In this document: one piece after another, positions 11,042-22,532 of the stretch
Position numbering within the stretch: position 1 is the stretch's first letter
How the letters are laid out: each line of letters opens with the position of its first letter
From: Sphaeroforma arctica JP610
Taxonomy: Eukaryota
Assembly (NCBI RefSeq): GCF_001186125.1
Contig: NW_014040345.1
Span: 48,536-112,535, forward strand
DNA length: 64,000 bases
Reading direction: 5' to 3'
Position numbers and translations under genes: made by a program
Notes under the pieces: generated by a model
What the model was told of the DNA's origin: nothing
The model's input: the letters and a program-made list of their open reading frames with translations, nothing else
The model's database searches: none

Positions 11042-12648
11042 CTATTGTTTCATATAGATGTTGACGGTTTTCTGCACGTCTTGCATCATAGCCATAAGGC
11101 GTTTGTTCACATTATATATGTATCCAATCTGATCTGCGAGGTCAACATGAACGACCTGGAGGTCTGGGGTTGATTGCGATTTGGGTTGTGGGGTTGATTG
11201 CGATTTGGGTTGTGGGGTTGATTGCGATTTGGGTTGTGGGGTTGATTGCGATTTGGGTTGTGGGGTTGATTGCGATTTGGGTTGTGGGGTTGATTGCGAT
11301 TTGGGTTGTGGGGTTGGGGTGCTTTGTGATCCGACCTTGTCTGAACCTGATGTCTCACATTCATTACTCTTGCACCCCATGACGTTTGTCCCCCACATCC
11401 ATTCTGTCCATGTTTTTGGACGCTGCTCCCCAATAGTGACTGCGTGGAATAGTATGGTCTTGGTACGTAACGTAGTTAGAGGTATACTAGTGCTGGTGGT
11501 TTTGGCCTTCTTCGTCAGGGCGGAAATCTTTGCCCACAGCTCATGTAGACTCTCGTCGGCACGACTGGCTTTCAGGGCGTTCTTGATATCCCCCCTCTGC
11601 CCCATAATGAGTTCACACACATCCTTTGGAATCTCCTTGTGGTCCTTGAGATATGTCAACAGCTCATTTGCCTCATCGACCAACTCGCTACTCGTGGGTC
11701 TCTTGAGTGCCTTAATCACCTCTTGTGTACTTAATATAGAAGAAGGGAGAACTGAACTCTTCTTATCAGCCCTGTGCCGCTTTCTGTGCATTGTGACACT
11801 CTCAGCGCGGTCCCAGAGCTCAAGAGTTGTCCTGTCCATTTTCAGAATTTTTAGGTCGTTAATAATTTGGGCAATATCCTTCAGCGCCGTCTTCCTCTGG
11901 TTGTATGAACTGTCTGCATTTGTAATATCTCTAGCATCGTTGCGTAGCCTATTGTAGAACGCTTCAATCTGTGGATTCCCAACAGGCTCCGGGATATCCA
12001 TTTGTCCGTACGTCTTTAGATGGGCTTCCTCTGCTGTCGCACCACGCCATACCGGTTGAACCATGGTAATTTGTCCTTCTCAGCCTTCATCTTGGTAATC
12101 CACTATTCCAGAATACGCTGATCATTGTGAAATACCCGTTTAAAATAGCGGACTTCCGTTGTGTTCCCGCTAGGTTGTATGCGCTGGTTTGGTATATTAA
12201 CCAGGGACCATGCTTCGTGCAGGGTATCTGGAGCCTCATTGTCTCTCAACATCTTTAAGATGTGGGGCTTCTGGTTGTTCACATATGTTGCTATAGGTTA
12301 AGGTATCGACTCCATGCTGTCAAGGTACATTTTCAGCAGGCTGGCCCGATTAACAAGGTCCTGGAGAGAATACTCTAAATATTTTGCAATTGCCAGCGAC
12401 ATGTAAAATAATATCTTGTCTACAAGTTCGTTGTACGTCGCAGAGGTCTTCGCCCCATCGGAATCGTTCAGCTTTGCAAACAGCGATTCCCAATTCTTGA
12501 TCACCCGGGGGTCGTATTTGATCTTTTTGAGATCCGCGATAATGTCCTCCACCTTGGTGACCACCTCTTGTATTTGGTCAACTGGCAAAGACGCAACATA
12601 TGTGCTAATATCACGTGGTGCGTCTGACAAAATGATTTTTTTACTCAT
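11042..12648 (-). pseudogene. Orphan viral gene, tandem paralog A (disrupted)
   Basis: 12298..12648 + 11042..12064 align by eye to paralog B (MSKKIILSDAP/MSKNISLSDAP; PEPVGNPQIEAFYNR; DKKSSVLP). In-frame TAA after ESIP. Confidence 0.7.
11167..11310. repeat. 24-bp coding tandem repeat x6 (PQPKSQST on - strand)
   Basis: GGGTTGATTGCGATTTGGGTTGTG repeated six times. Confidence 0.95.
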
Positions 12649-12662
12649 TTTTTATTTATAGA

Positions 12663-14126
12663 TTAAAAAAAACTATGAATCTCTATGATCATGTCGTGTG
12701 CGTTGTTAATCCGAGCTGTGAGGTCGGAGAGGTCAGAAAGGTCGGCATGAATGGCCTGGAGGTCGTTATGGATGCCCTGGGTGTCTACTTGCGCGTTCTG
12801 TTCGGAGACCATGTTGCTGTCTGATGTGAATTCGTCTGGGCTTGATACCTCATACTCATCACTATTGTACACTGGGGGATTTGCATCCCATATCTTTTCT
12901 TTCCATGTTTGTGGCCGCTGCTCTTGAAAATTGACTGCGTGGTACAGTATGGTCTTGGCACGTAACAGTTTTTTTGGCCTACTAGTGCTGGTGGTGTTGG
13001 CTCTCTTCGTCATTGCGGTAATCTTTGCCCACAGCTCCTGCAGACTCGGGTCGGCTCGACTGGCATACAGGACGTCCTTGATATCCTCCCTCTGCACCAG
13101 AATGAGTTCATACACATCCTTTGGAATCTCGTAGTGTCCCTTGAGATATTTAAATAGCTCGCTTGCCTCTTCGAGCAACTCACTACTCGTGGGCCTCTCG
13201 AGAGCCTTAATCGCCTGTTGTGTACTGTATATCGCAAAGGGGAGCACTGAACTCTTCTTATCAACAGTGCACCGCTTTGTTGCCTTCGTTATACTCGCAG
13301 CGCGTTTCCACAGCTCAATAGTTATTGAGTCCAATTGCAGAGTCCTTAGGTCTTGGATAATTTTTGCAATATCCTTTATTGCCGACTTCCTCTGGTTGTA
13401 TGAATTGTCTGCATTGTAATATCTCTGGTGTCGTTGCGTACCCTATTGTAGAACGCTTCAATCTGTGGATTCCCAACAGGCTCCGGGTTGTTCAGTGTCT
13501 CGTACGTTTTCCTGTAGACGTTCTCCACCTTCGCCCCACTCCGAAATATATATCTGTTTATCCATGTCTCATTGTCCTTCTCGGCCTTCATCTTGGCAAT
13601 CCACTGTTCTAGGATCTGCTGATCATTTTCAAATACCCGTTTAAAATGGCGGGTTTCAGTCGTGTCCACACCAGGTTGTACGAGGTATCTAGGAATATCA
13701 ATCCGCGACCAGACGTCGCGCAAAACTGGTGGAACCGATGCGGGGCATGTTGTGATTCACATATATTGCTATAGGTTCAGGTATCGACTCCAGCGTGTCA
13801 AAGTACCTTTTCAGCAGGCTGGCCTGATTGACAAGGTCCTGAAGGGAATAATTTACCTGTTTCGCAATTTCTAGCGATGTGTAAAATAGTATCCTGTCTA
13901 CTTGTTTGTTGTATGCTGTGGAGGTATTAGTTCCATTGGAATCGTTCAGCTTCGCAAGCAGCGATTTCCAGTTCGTGATCACCCCGGAGCTGTATTTGAT
14001 CCTTTTGAGATCCGCGATAATGTCCTCCACCTTGGCGACCACCTCTCGCGATTGGTCGACTGGCAAAGACGCAACAGATGTACCAATAACACCTGGTGCA
14101 TCTGACAAACTGATATTTTTACTCAT
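12663..14126 (-). pseudogene. Orphan viral gene, tandem paralog B (disrupted)
   Basis: Fragments 13698..14126, 13376..13723 and 12663..13334 are collinear with paralog A. Confidence 0.7.
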
Positions 14127-14172
14127 TATTTTTAATTTTATTTTTATTCAGTCGTAAAAAATATATAAATCG

Positions 14173-15080
14173 CTATTTTAGTTTCTGCAGCAGCCGGAGA
14201 CTCATCAGCCGAAACCTTCGCGGGTACACCCGGTGCGTCATGGTGTTGCATCTATACAAGACGGCCTGCCCCTCGGCCGTCCCACCTACCACCAACCACC
14301 GCATCCCCGCTGGGATCTTGCTCGTACCTTCCAGTAGACTATCCCATCGCGCCAACTCAGCACAACGGGGCAGGAACTGGCCATAGAGGGGCACGAGGGT
14401 ACTGTCTGCCGCGCTAGGAGCCGCCGGGCCCATCATGACCAGGGCCTTCGCGAGATAGTCCTCGGGATCTACGGGCGTAAGGACCGTGGCCGAGCTCAGG
14501 ACCACAACCGGGGCACAGCCAAACATGTCTTTCGTGTAGTGGTCCATGCCCCTGGGTAGCTGGGTCTCGTCTGTGTACATCTGCTGCAGGAACTTGTTGT
14601 AGCGGCACACGACAAAGCGACAACCACCGGCCTTTACCGTCCCCCCGGTGACAACGTAGCACATGTTGGCCCACTGGTCCTTTGCAATCCCGTACGTGAG
14701 ATGCAACGCAGATGGTCTCAGGGGCGCGTCAATCTCGTTTGACAGCGCATAGTATAAGAAGGGGACAGTGTTCGGAGCCATGCGCAACCACGACACGGTC
14801 CCGGCAGTGGGGGGGGGGGGGGGGTGGTGGCGGCAGAGTCTCGTGTGCACAGTAACCGTGGTCGCTCGGTGCGCCCAGTGGGGGCAGGGTACTGGAGCCG
14901 CCCCCGTGTGGCTCGGGGGTTTTTAAAAGAAGCTCAGTGCCAGAGTCGTTGTCCCACTCCATGACCTCCGTGGCATGCTCTAGGGGTGGCATGGGGTTCA
15001 GCAGTGGCAGGGGTTTTAGGGTTTAGGTCATGGAGCTCGAGTTCTACGTCGAGGTTAAGATCAGTATTCAAGTCAAACAT
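14173..15080 (-). pseudogene. Hypothetical viral gene, frameshifted
   Basis: ATG at 15080 (MFDLNTDL) continuing through 14729..14992 and 14173..14850; breaks include a poly-G run near 14810; no domain recognised. Confidence 0.5.
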
Positions 15081-15124
15081 TGTAAAAATGATTTGTAGTC
15101 TCACGCGCAATGACCATATATATC

Positions 15125-15212
15125 CACCTGGGCACCAACGCCCACTGAGCATGAAGTGACACCTGGGCACCAACGCCCACTGAGCATGAAGTGACACCTG
15201 GGCACCAACGCC
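15125..15212. repeat. 35-bp tandem repeat x2.5
   Basis: CACCTGGGCACCAACGCCCACTGAGCATGAAGTGA units start at 15125, 15160 and 15195. Confidence 0.95.
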
Positions 15213-15506
15213 GTATGTGCGTCATCGCACCGACGGTCACATTAACCGCGATTATTGTTTCACAGTAACACCGTGCTCCGATTCCGTATACCCAGTGACG
15301 TTTCGTACTTTGATGCACGTAATCTCTGTGAGAATCCAGGCCTAGAAATCCTCGTACAGCGAAACGCTGCTTTTGCAGACTTTTCACCCGCCGTTGACAA
15401 GTCGGGGGTCAGCATTATCACCTGCAGACTGAAACTACTTCGTGAATCGCATCCCCAAACGGCGTCTTGATCGAGTCGGGGAACTCGCCGCCGCTTGGCC
15501 TGATCT

Positions 15507-16062
15507 TGTTGCGCTCGTACTCTAAAGCAGTACGTATACTAAAAACGTACTCTTAATAGTACAAGGAACTTAAGTTTCCCAAATGGTTTTAAATGGTTTT
15601 ATTAATTAATACCTTTTCCATTTTACATATCAGATATTTGGACAAAGCCATTACAAGGCCCCAGTAAAATACCAAACATAAGGGTTGGTCTAGTTCTAAT
15701 AATAGAACTATGTTTACTTTCCAACTTTATTTATATCTGAATACTTCGGTAGCGAGATGGCTCAACCGAATATAGGTTTCTAGGGACTATTAGCGTAACC
15801 TAGTTGATTCTCCGATCAGCCAACCAGATGTGCCAGTCTGATGAAGGCTAAGTCGGTAATTCTTGATAAGTGGCAAGTTATTGGTTAAGACAATAACTAA
15901 GGACATCAAGAGTAAAAATAATTTCTAATAGAGCGACAACGAAACACTAAATAAAATTCCTTCGGTACTGAGAAGATTATATATAGGCAATGTCTCAGCC
16001 TCACAATCCGTTTATTTACTTTTATATTTTCACGATACTTAGAATTTACCTAAGGTATTAAT
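15507..16062 (+). repeat. 5' LTR (truncated, with internal deletions)
   Basis: Matches ~22703-23413 (e.g. GGAACTTAAGTTTCC, CCGATCAGCCAACCAGATGTGCCAGTCTGATGAAGGCTAAG, CACGATACTTAGAATTTACCTA) with substitutions and several indels. Confidence 0.88.
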
Positions 16063-16162
16063 TACTTAAACTACTTAAGCGTAAAGGTAGATTAACTACC
16101 ACAAAAATTTTCTTGTCCAAGCTAGTCCTTAAGAGACAAGCTAGTAGTCATAAATTAAGATT

Positions 16163-18367
16163 ATGACCAAGAAAGACAATAATCCTTCTAAGGAGCATAA
16201 AGCTGAAAAGAAGAAGATGGAGAGAGAAGCCGCCAACGCTACCGCAGCTACTGCTGCCGCAGAGGCAACCGCTGCCGAATCTGACAATAATAGTCAAAAG
16301 GACAATGCTTCAGATAAGGATGTAGCCACTCCGATTAAGGAGACTACTCCCACTGACAGAGCCCGAGGGCCAACTATTGTCTCAACTTCAAAGCTTGCAT
16401 TTACGAAGCCAAGAAGTCAGACAAGGGACACGTCACAAGACGCCCCAACCTATTCTTCTGACGAAACTCAGAATGGAAAGTCCCCAATTATAGGGGACAA
16501 GGACAAATCTCAGAAGGAACCTATTATGGAACCAGAAGAGGAGGCAAGCTCAAGTGGCAAACCCGAATTCACGTCCGAGACTACTAAGCCAATGCACATA
16601 AGTAAGTTAATTACTGAAAACGCTGATCTTAAGAATCAGTTAGCTACCATTATGAAAGACTTGACTGTCGAACATGTAAATCAATTATATAGATCAGGAA
16701 AACATGCACAGCACTTACGCGAGCATGTTTCCCCGGGCATTACTGAAGCCCTACAGAAGTGGACAGAACGTCGACAGGCAATTACGCCCGAAGAACGTAA
16801 AGACTCGAGCGCTACACCTGTGGCATATGAGCCAGATGTGCTCATCGTATCTATACCTTACGAGGTATTACCACCAGAAATTCAGGCTAATTACTCACCT
16901 GTTCTGACACCCGGCTGTGAGTCACCCGTCCTTGAGGGTATTATAGACCCAGAGGCAGGTAGAAATACTCCGCCACTTTTACCCAATTGGGATGACAATC
17001 GTCGGAAACTAGTTAAGACTGTGTATGTTATCCAGACGCATGAATCACCTAATATTATAATATCAACCACTATCCGAGGAACAGAACACCAAAAGGCCTC
17101 GACCATGGACTTTACAAGGGGTAATAAACACCCCCGTAAACGTGTTAACGAAATCGAATTTAATCGCTTCGATCGCACAGCACTACATCAACCCGCAGAG
17201 GATTTTCACTCTGACGAGGTGACCGAACTTAACAAATCGGTCGACGATTATACCATTAAAATGGAAATCGCCCACGATGCGCATCATGCTGATGATGTAG
17301 CATACTTTGCGAATATGACTGCGATTAAGCAAAAGCGCATTGATCAGTTACTTCAGGCCCAACGTGGACAAGACCACAGAGACAACCAGAAGTACAAGGG
17401 ACAGATCAGTCGACTTAAGTCGAATTGGGATGCCAACAGTAAGCAGGTCAAGTTTATAAAAAACCATGACCTCGACACGCTAACCCGTACGCTTAATGCG
17501 TTTACGGTCATGCTAGAGACGAATGATATCGCTCCCCAGCAATGGATCTCTACTTTAATGCAGACGTTTGACCCTACAGGTACAAGTTATTCGATCATAC
17601 AGCGACAACAACATGAGCTAGACACTTGTCGTGACTGGCCAGCTGTGTGTTGGTTGGTTACATCCTTGTTAAGTAAGGACATGCGTAGCCCAGGACTGAG
17701 TTCAATTTTAACTGAACCAGTTGAGAACACGCCCATTCAAAGTTATATTCTGAAGCTAGATGCTGACCTGAAACATTCAGATATAGCGAAGGACAAGGCA
17801 CAGCGATGGTACGAGTTCCTGGCTATGCCCGTGTTCTGTAAGAACATAGGGAATAACAACCGTGAGAGCCTGTACACCGAGTTGCGACGTAAACACGCGA
17901 CTGAGGCTCGAGACAGGGGACATGGAACAAAGTTTCATCTATCCCGACTTACGTGGGAACAGTTTTATGACACTGTATCCACCCTTTTCCCTGCACACCG
18001 AGTAACATCGAAGGGAAAAGTGGCTGTTAAGAAGCCGCGGGAGTACACCGATCAAGGATACGTATCCAGGCAGACCTCAAACGAGAAACACCAACATACA
18101 CGTGCTCGCGACCCCACTCTATCCACGGGACCCAATAAACGGGCACGCGCGGAGGCAAAGGACAAGGAACCTCCATTTAAAGAGATTAAGAAATGTTCCG
18201 ACGCACAGCGTGGGTATGACAGGTACCAATTGACCCATAACAGTTATTGGAATGGCAGGCATGCATCCGCCTGTACACACTTTCCTATTAAGTGCGACAA
18301 GTGTGAGAAGACCAATGGCTATCACACTAAGTCTTGTGACAAAAAGCCCAACATTAAGTTGGAGTGA
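16163..18367 (+). CDS. gag: Gag-like protein (734 aa)
   Basis: Long ORF after the 5' LTR; C-terminal Zn-knuckle-like CDKCEKTNGYHTKSC; directly upstream of the protease. Confidence 0.8.
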   Translation: MTKKDNNPSKEHKAEKKKMEREAANATAATAAAEATAAESDNNSQKDNASDKDVATPIKETTPTDRARGPTIVSTSKLAFTKPRSQTRDTSQDAPTYSSDETQNGKSPIIGDKDKSQKEPIMEPEEEASSSGKPEFTSETTKPMHISKLITENADLKNQLATIMKDLTVEHVNQLYRSGKHAQHLREHVSPGITEALQKWTERRQAITPEERKDSSATPVAYEPDVLIVSIPYEVLPPEIQANYSPVLTPGCESPVLEGIIDPEAGRNTPPLLPNWDDNRRKLVKTVYVIQTHESPNIIISTTIRGTEHQKASTMDFTRGNKHPRKRVNEIEFNRFDRTALHQPAEDFHSDEVTELNKSVDDYTIKMEIAHDAHHADDVAYFANMTAIKQKRIDQLLQAQRGQDHRDNQKYKGQISRLKSNWDANSKQVKFIKNHDLDTLTRTLNAFTVMLETNDIAPQQWISTLMQTFDPTGTSYSIIQRQQHELDTCRDWPAVCWLVTSLLSKDMRSPGLSSILTEPVENTPIQSYILKLDADLKHSDIAKDKAQRWYEFLAMPVFCKNIGNNNRESLYTELRRKHATEARDRGHGTKFHLSRLTWEQFYDTVSTLFPAHRVTSKGKVAVKKPREYTDQGYVSRQTSNEKHQHTRARDPTLSTGPNKRARAEAKDKEPPFKEIKKCSDAQRGYDRYQLTHNSYWNGRHASACTHFPIKCDKCEKTNGYHTKSCDKKPNIKLE

Positions 18368-21300
18368 AGGTACTACCAGGTACAATCGTTACACAGACAA
18401 TACAACGACTCTTCAGATGAGCGTGAAATAATCCCTGTATATCGCAATGGAAATAAAATCCTTGCGTTGATTGATCCTGGTTCAGAAATTTCATGTATAT
18501 CCGATCGCTTTGTATTAATGAAAGATATCGAAAGGGGAAAACAAACAACTCACCTCATTTTAGCTTATGATAAAACTGCTAAGTGTGATACCATGGCCAC
18601 AGATATTAAAATCTGCCTGGCCGATGATAGGAATATCACTACCCAAGCTGTGACAGTTAAGATGTCACAGGAGTACAACATTATAGTCGGAATGAGCGAT
18701 TTACTCACTCTAGGTATAACCGGAACGGGTCTACCAAATAACATAGATCCATTAAAGGATCAATCGGACGATAACTGTCTGAATCCATATAAGCCCCCGT
18801 CAGACACAGTCAAGGCATTAATACCTGACTTTGCGAACAAAATTATGGATCTGATTCTAATTAATAAGAAGATAAAGATCACAGATTGGGCAAAATTCCG
18901 CTTTAACGACAGATATGTCAGCCTTGACTTGACCAAGGTAGTCTTTACACAGTTAAAGTGTCCCTCAAGGAACTATGTATTCTGGAGACACGAGGCTGTG
19001 GTAAAAGAACAAGTTGAGAAATGGCTAGCAGATGGAGTGATAGAAATTAACTATCAACAGACGCGAGTTAACTTGGCGCTGCTAGCCGTAGACCAACATA
19101 ACTCTGACGGATCGTTTAAGAAAGTCAGAGTATATTTAGATATAAGTCCAATAAATAAATTGTTGCCGACTCATAGCTTTGACTTACCTCGTATTAACGA
19201 GCTACTGCGAAGGATGGAAGGTGCTACAGTATTTACAACTATAGACCTTACACAAGAATACCATCAAATGCAGGTATATGAACCACATCGTAAATACTTT
19301 AGTTTTACGTGGAAAGGTAAACAATACCGGTTCAGAGGTGCACCTTTCAGGTTACACTCTGTACCAGCATTCTTCCAACAAGTAATGGAAGAAATGTTTA
19401 CAGACATGCCTAACGTGCAAGTCTATATAGATGACATAGTCATCGTTTCTAAGACTAAGGGCGAACATGCCGAATTAGTCAGACGAGTCCTTAAGAGACT
19501 CAACGAGCAAAACCTCAAGATTAACGAGAAGAAATGCCACTTCGCAATGAGCGAAATACAGCTCTTAGACTACCATATATCTGGGGAAGGTATTAAAATC
19601 GACCCCGGTAAGGTAGCACACCTGTTAGATTGGCAAACACCAACTACAGGAAGAGATGTTAACAGCATGTGTGGGTTTGTAAACTTCTTTTCAGATGGAG
19701 TACCACACTTGGCTGAATACCTTAAACCTTTTGGACACTTAAGATGTCATAAAGGCAAACTAGGAGACTTGTGGACTAAAGAGTGTGATGACGCGTTTAA
19801 AGCGCTCAAACACGCAGTCCAACAACAGTTGTACAAGGACCAGTCGATGGCGTGCCGTTTGAAATAGCAACAGACGCCTCCGACTTAGACTTAGGAGAAG
19901 TATTATATCAGGTTATAGATGACAAACCTAGATATATACAATTCTTTAGTCGAGCAATGAATGTTTCACAGTTGAAATATCCAACTGTTAAAAAAGATCT
20001 ATTAGCCATAGTGGCAGCTCTGACACACTTCCGAGATTACTTAAACGGAACAGCATTTACGCTGATGTGTTATCAGAAATCTCTTCATTATATGAAAGAG
20101 ATGAACCCCGACTCACAATTACTGAGTCGCTGGCATGATACAATATCAAAATTTCATTTTGATATAAAACATCTGACAGGAATACATAATCATTTACCGG
20201 ATATGTTATCACGCTTTGTACCGGACTTTAATAAATCCGTACGTGAGTTACTAGCCACTGACTGGAAGTGTAATCCCAGGTGGTTTGAACTGGCTCAAAA
20301 GATATTTGGGCCACATACCATAGATATGTTTGCTGCACATCATAATGCACAACAATCGAATTACAGGACTTTAAATCATCCTTTGGGAGACGCTTTCAAA
20401 TAGACCTCTCCGAACACAATGCGTGGGCTAATCCACCATGGCAGTTAATTGCCCAGCAATTAAATTATGTTCATATACATAAAGCTGCCATCACGTTGTG
20501 TAGCCCATTACGGAGTAAAGATCCATGGCTCAATAAGTTAACAAGCATGATACAATGCGAGCCAATATATTTAGATAGGGAAGTAGATACCTTCCTATAT
20601 CAGGGTACCCGAGCCTTCCAGAAGACGCCTTGGAGACATACTATAATATGTCGTATAGGTCCCATTGGTACAACCAAATGGACCCCTTCTGAGACCTTCC
20701 TTAACAAGGTCAAAGAATCAGAGATTCCACTCTCTACCCAATTGAACGTTACGCAGTTCAAAGGCAACACAGCACTTGAAATCTGTGCACAAGAAATACA
20801 ATCTACTAATGACACTACTGTTAAGAAGCGTCAGTCTCTAGCTAGGACTCTGTTTAATAATATAAAGTCCAAGCCTGAGGTCTTTCAAACCTTATTTCCA
20901 AAGGGATTAATGAAAGACAATCCTGAAGCGTATACACATACAATGCGACTATTTAATAAGTCTGGTGTATCTAACGCACATGAGCGCACTTATGACACTC
21001 ATGCGAAAGAAGAACAGGAGTCTGGAAACACTACAGACTTAGAGACCACGCAAGTGGATTCTCATCACCCTACCTTTATTCTGGAGGAGCAGAAAGATGA
21101 AAACATTCTTGCCTGGCTGACGAAAAACCATAGGCTGAAGCACCAGAACGTAGTAGACGCACTTAAAGATGCTAAGCGAAATGGGATCGCGCACCCTAAG
21201 CTGGCAACTTTAGTTGACAGAGTATATCAGTCATGTACAGACTGTGATCTCAATCAAATCAAGCGCTATGGGTTCGCACCGCTTAAGAGTGTGACGGAAG

Positions 21301-22532
21301 ATGTTCCATGGCGCAGGGTCACCATTGATCTGGCTGACCTGCCCACGTCCGAGCACACAGGCGACCGTTACGTATGCCACTTTTTTGATGTGGCGTCACG
21401 GTTTAACTTGCTCTATCCATTAAAGGATAAGAATACGCAGACCGTGGCCGAATTATGTTGCCAAGTCTTTGCTGACCACGGGTGGCCAGGTATTATGTGC
21501 ACTGATAACGGTAGTGAGTTCTGCGATGACGTAATGGAATTGCTAGTACTCGTACCAGGCATATGCCATAAGAGAGGTGTGCCATATAAGCCGCAAACGC
21601 AAGGCGCGAATGAAACGCGCCATAGAAGACTTAAGTTCTTCTTGCGTACTACATTAACGGATGATGCAGATGATTAGTCATATCACCTTAACTGTATACA
21701 AACACAGATGAACGAGTGTGCTGATCCGGTTACAGGAACTACACCCGCTCACTATTTTCGTGGCAGATATAGTGAGTTACAAATCCCTTTTAACAAGGAC
21801 GAACATGATCACCATGAGTTACCATGGTTAGAGAAGGTACAACGTATTTATAACGTTGTATATCCTTGCTTGCGAGAATTACGCAATATAGCCCTATTAA
21901 AAAGGCAAAAGCGTTGGAACACTACCAAGAAGATACCAGAGTATCAGGTTGGTGACAGAGTTAAAATCCGTCAACGCAATTCCGATGCTACTGTATTAAC
22001 ATCTAAATGGATAGGTCCATATATAATCTCGGTAGCAGACACTAAAAGTGAAACGTACGAGGTAAATAACCCCGATGGTTCTAGTGCGCTTAATATGGGC
22101 ACAAGTCGTATCCCGACTACAGAGATTATACTCGCAAGAAGACATGACTCTAATGCCCCTCTTGATCGTTCTGAATTTAAAGACATTATATGGAGAACGG
22201 ATAAGGGAGGCTATACATACTATCGTAAATGCTTTATAGACGGTACAATAGCTGAGTTGACTTCAGATGCTTTCGATAATCAAGAGTATTTAAAAGCCTT
22301 TAATCGAAAATGGCGTAAATGCCTGCATAAGTCACAAGCTGAAAAAGATAGCATGTTTCCATCGTCTGAAGGCACAGAAGTTAAAACTTATCCGCCTACA
22401 TCATTTATCCCGAGCTTTCATGCTCATCCTTCATATGTGCTTAAGACATTGAAGCGTAAGAAACATCTAGTCGACCACCACGGACCTACCGGACCTAAGC
22501 CCAAAACTCACAGGGTAACCGAGAACGCTTAA
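18368..22532 (+). pseudogene. pol: Pol: protease, RT, RNase H, N6-adenine MTase, integrase
   Basis: PR ALIDPGSEISCI; RT FTTIDL and YIDD (19424-19435); RH IATDASD...DMLSR. INT HRLKH...CTDC, VTIDL, TDNGSEF, PQTQGANE, KWIGPY. Frameshifts near 19840 and 20400, in-frame TAG at 21675. Confidence 0.93.
20257..20660 (+). other. Dam-like (DIRS-type) DNA N6-adenine methyltransferase domain within pol
   Basis: DWKCNPRWF...FGPHTIDMFA (SAM-binding motif, 20320-20334)...DAFK, then after a 1-nt frameshift IDLSEHNAWANPPWQLI (catalytic NPPW 20430-20441)...ITLCSP....PWLNKL. Confidence 0.85.

Larger units (their letters stand above)
1..15506. mobile_element. Endogenous giant virus (Nucleocytoviricota) segment, degraded; left end outside window
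   Basis: Tightly packed intronless ORFs with short AT-rich spacers. NCLDV hallmark genes (PolB, A32 ATPase, capping enzyme, L1R-like protein) with many frameshifts. Contiguous with host-type TE and intron-rich genes. Right boundary is approximate (start of LTR similarity). Confidence 0.9.

Noticed and set aside
17..11957. Long antisense ORFs (17..691, 3245..3838, 5459..6319, 5652..6245, 11181..11957)
   Set aside because: Shadow frames of GC-rich genes whose motifs are on the opposite strand.
15255..15470. 71-aa ORF at the virus/LTR junction
   Set aside because: Non-ATG start and no recognisable homology; origin undetermined.
16050..16162. tRNA primer-binding site
   Set aside because: No TGG-initiated PBS recognisable; the LTR 3' end appears deleted.
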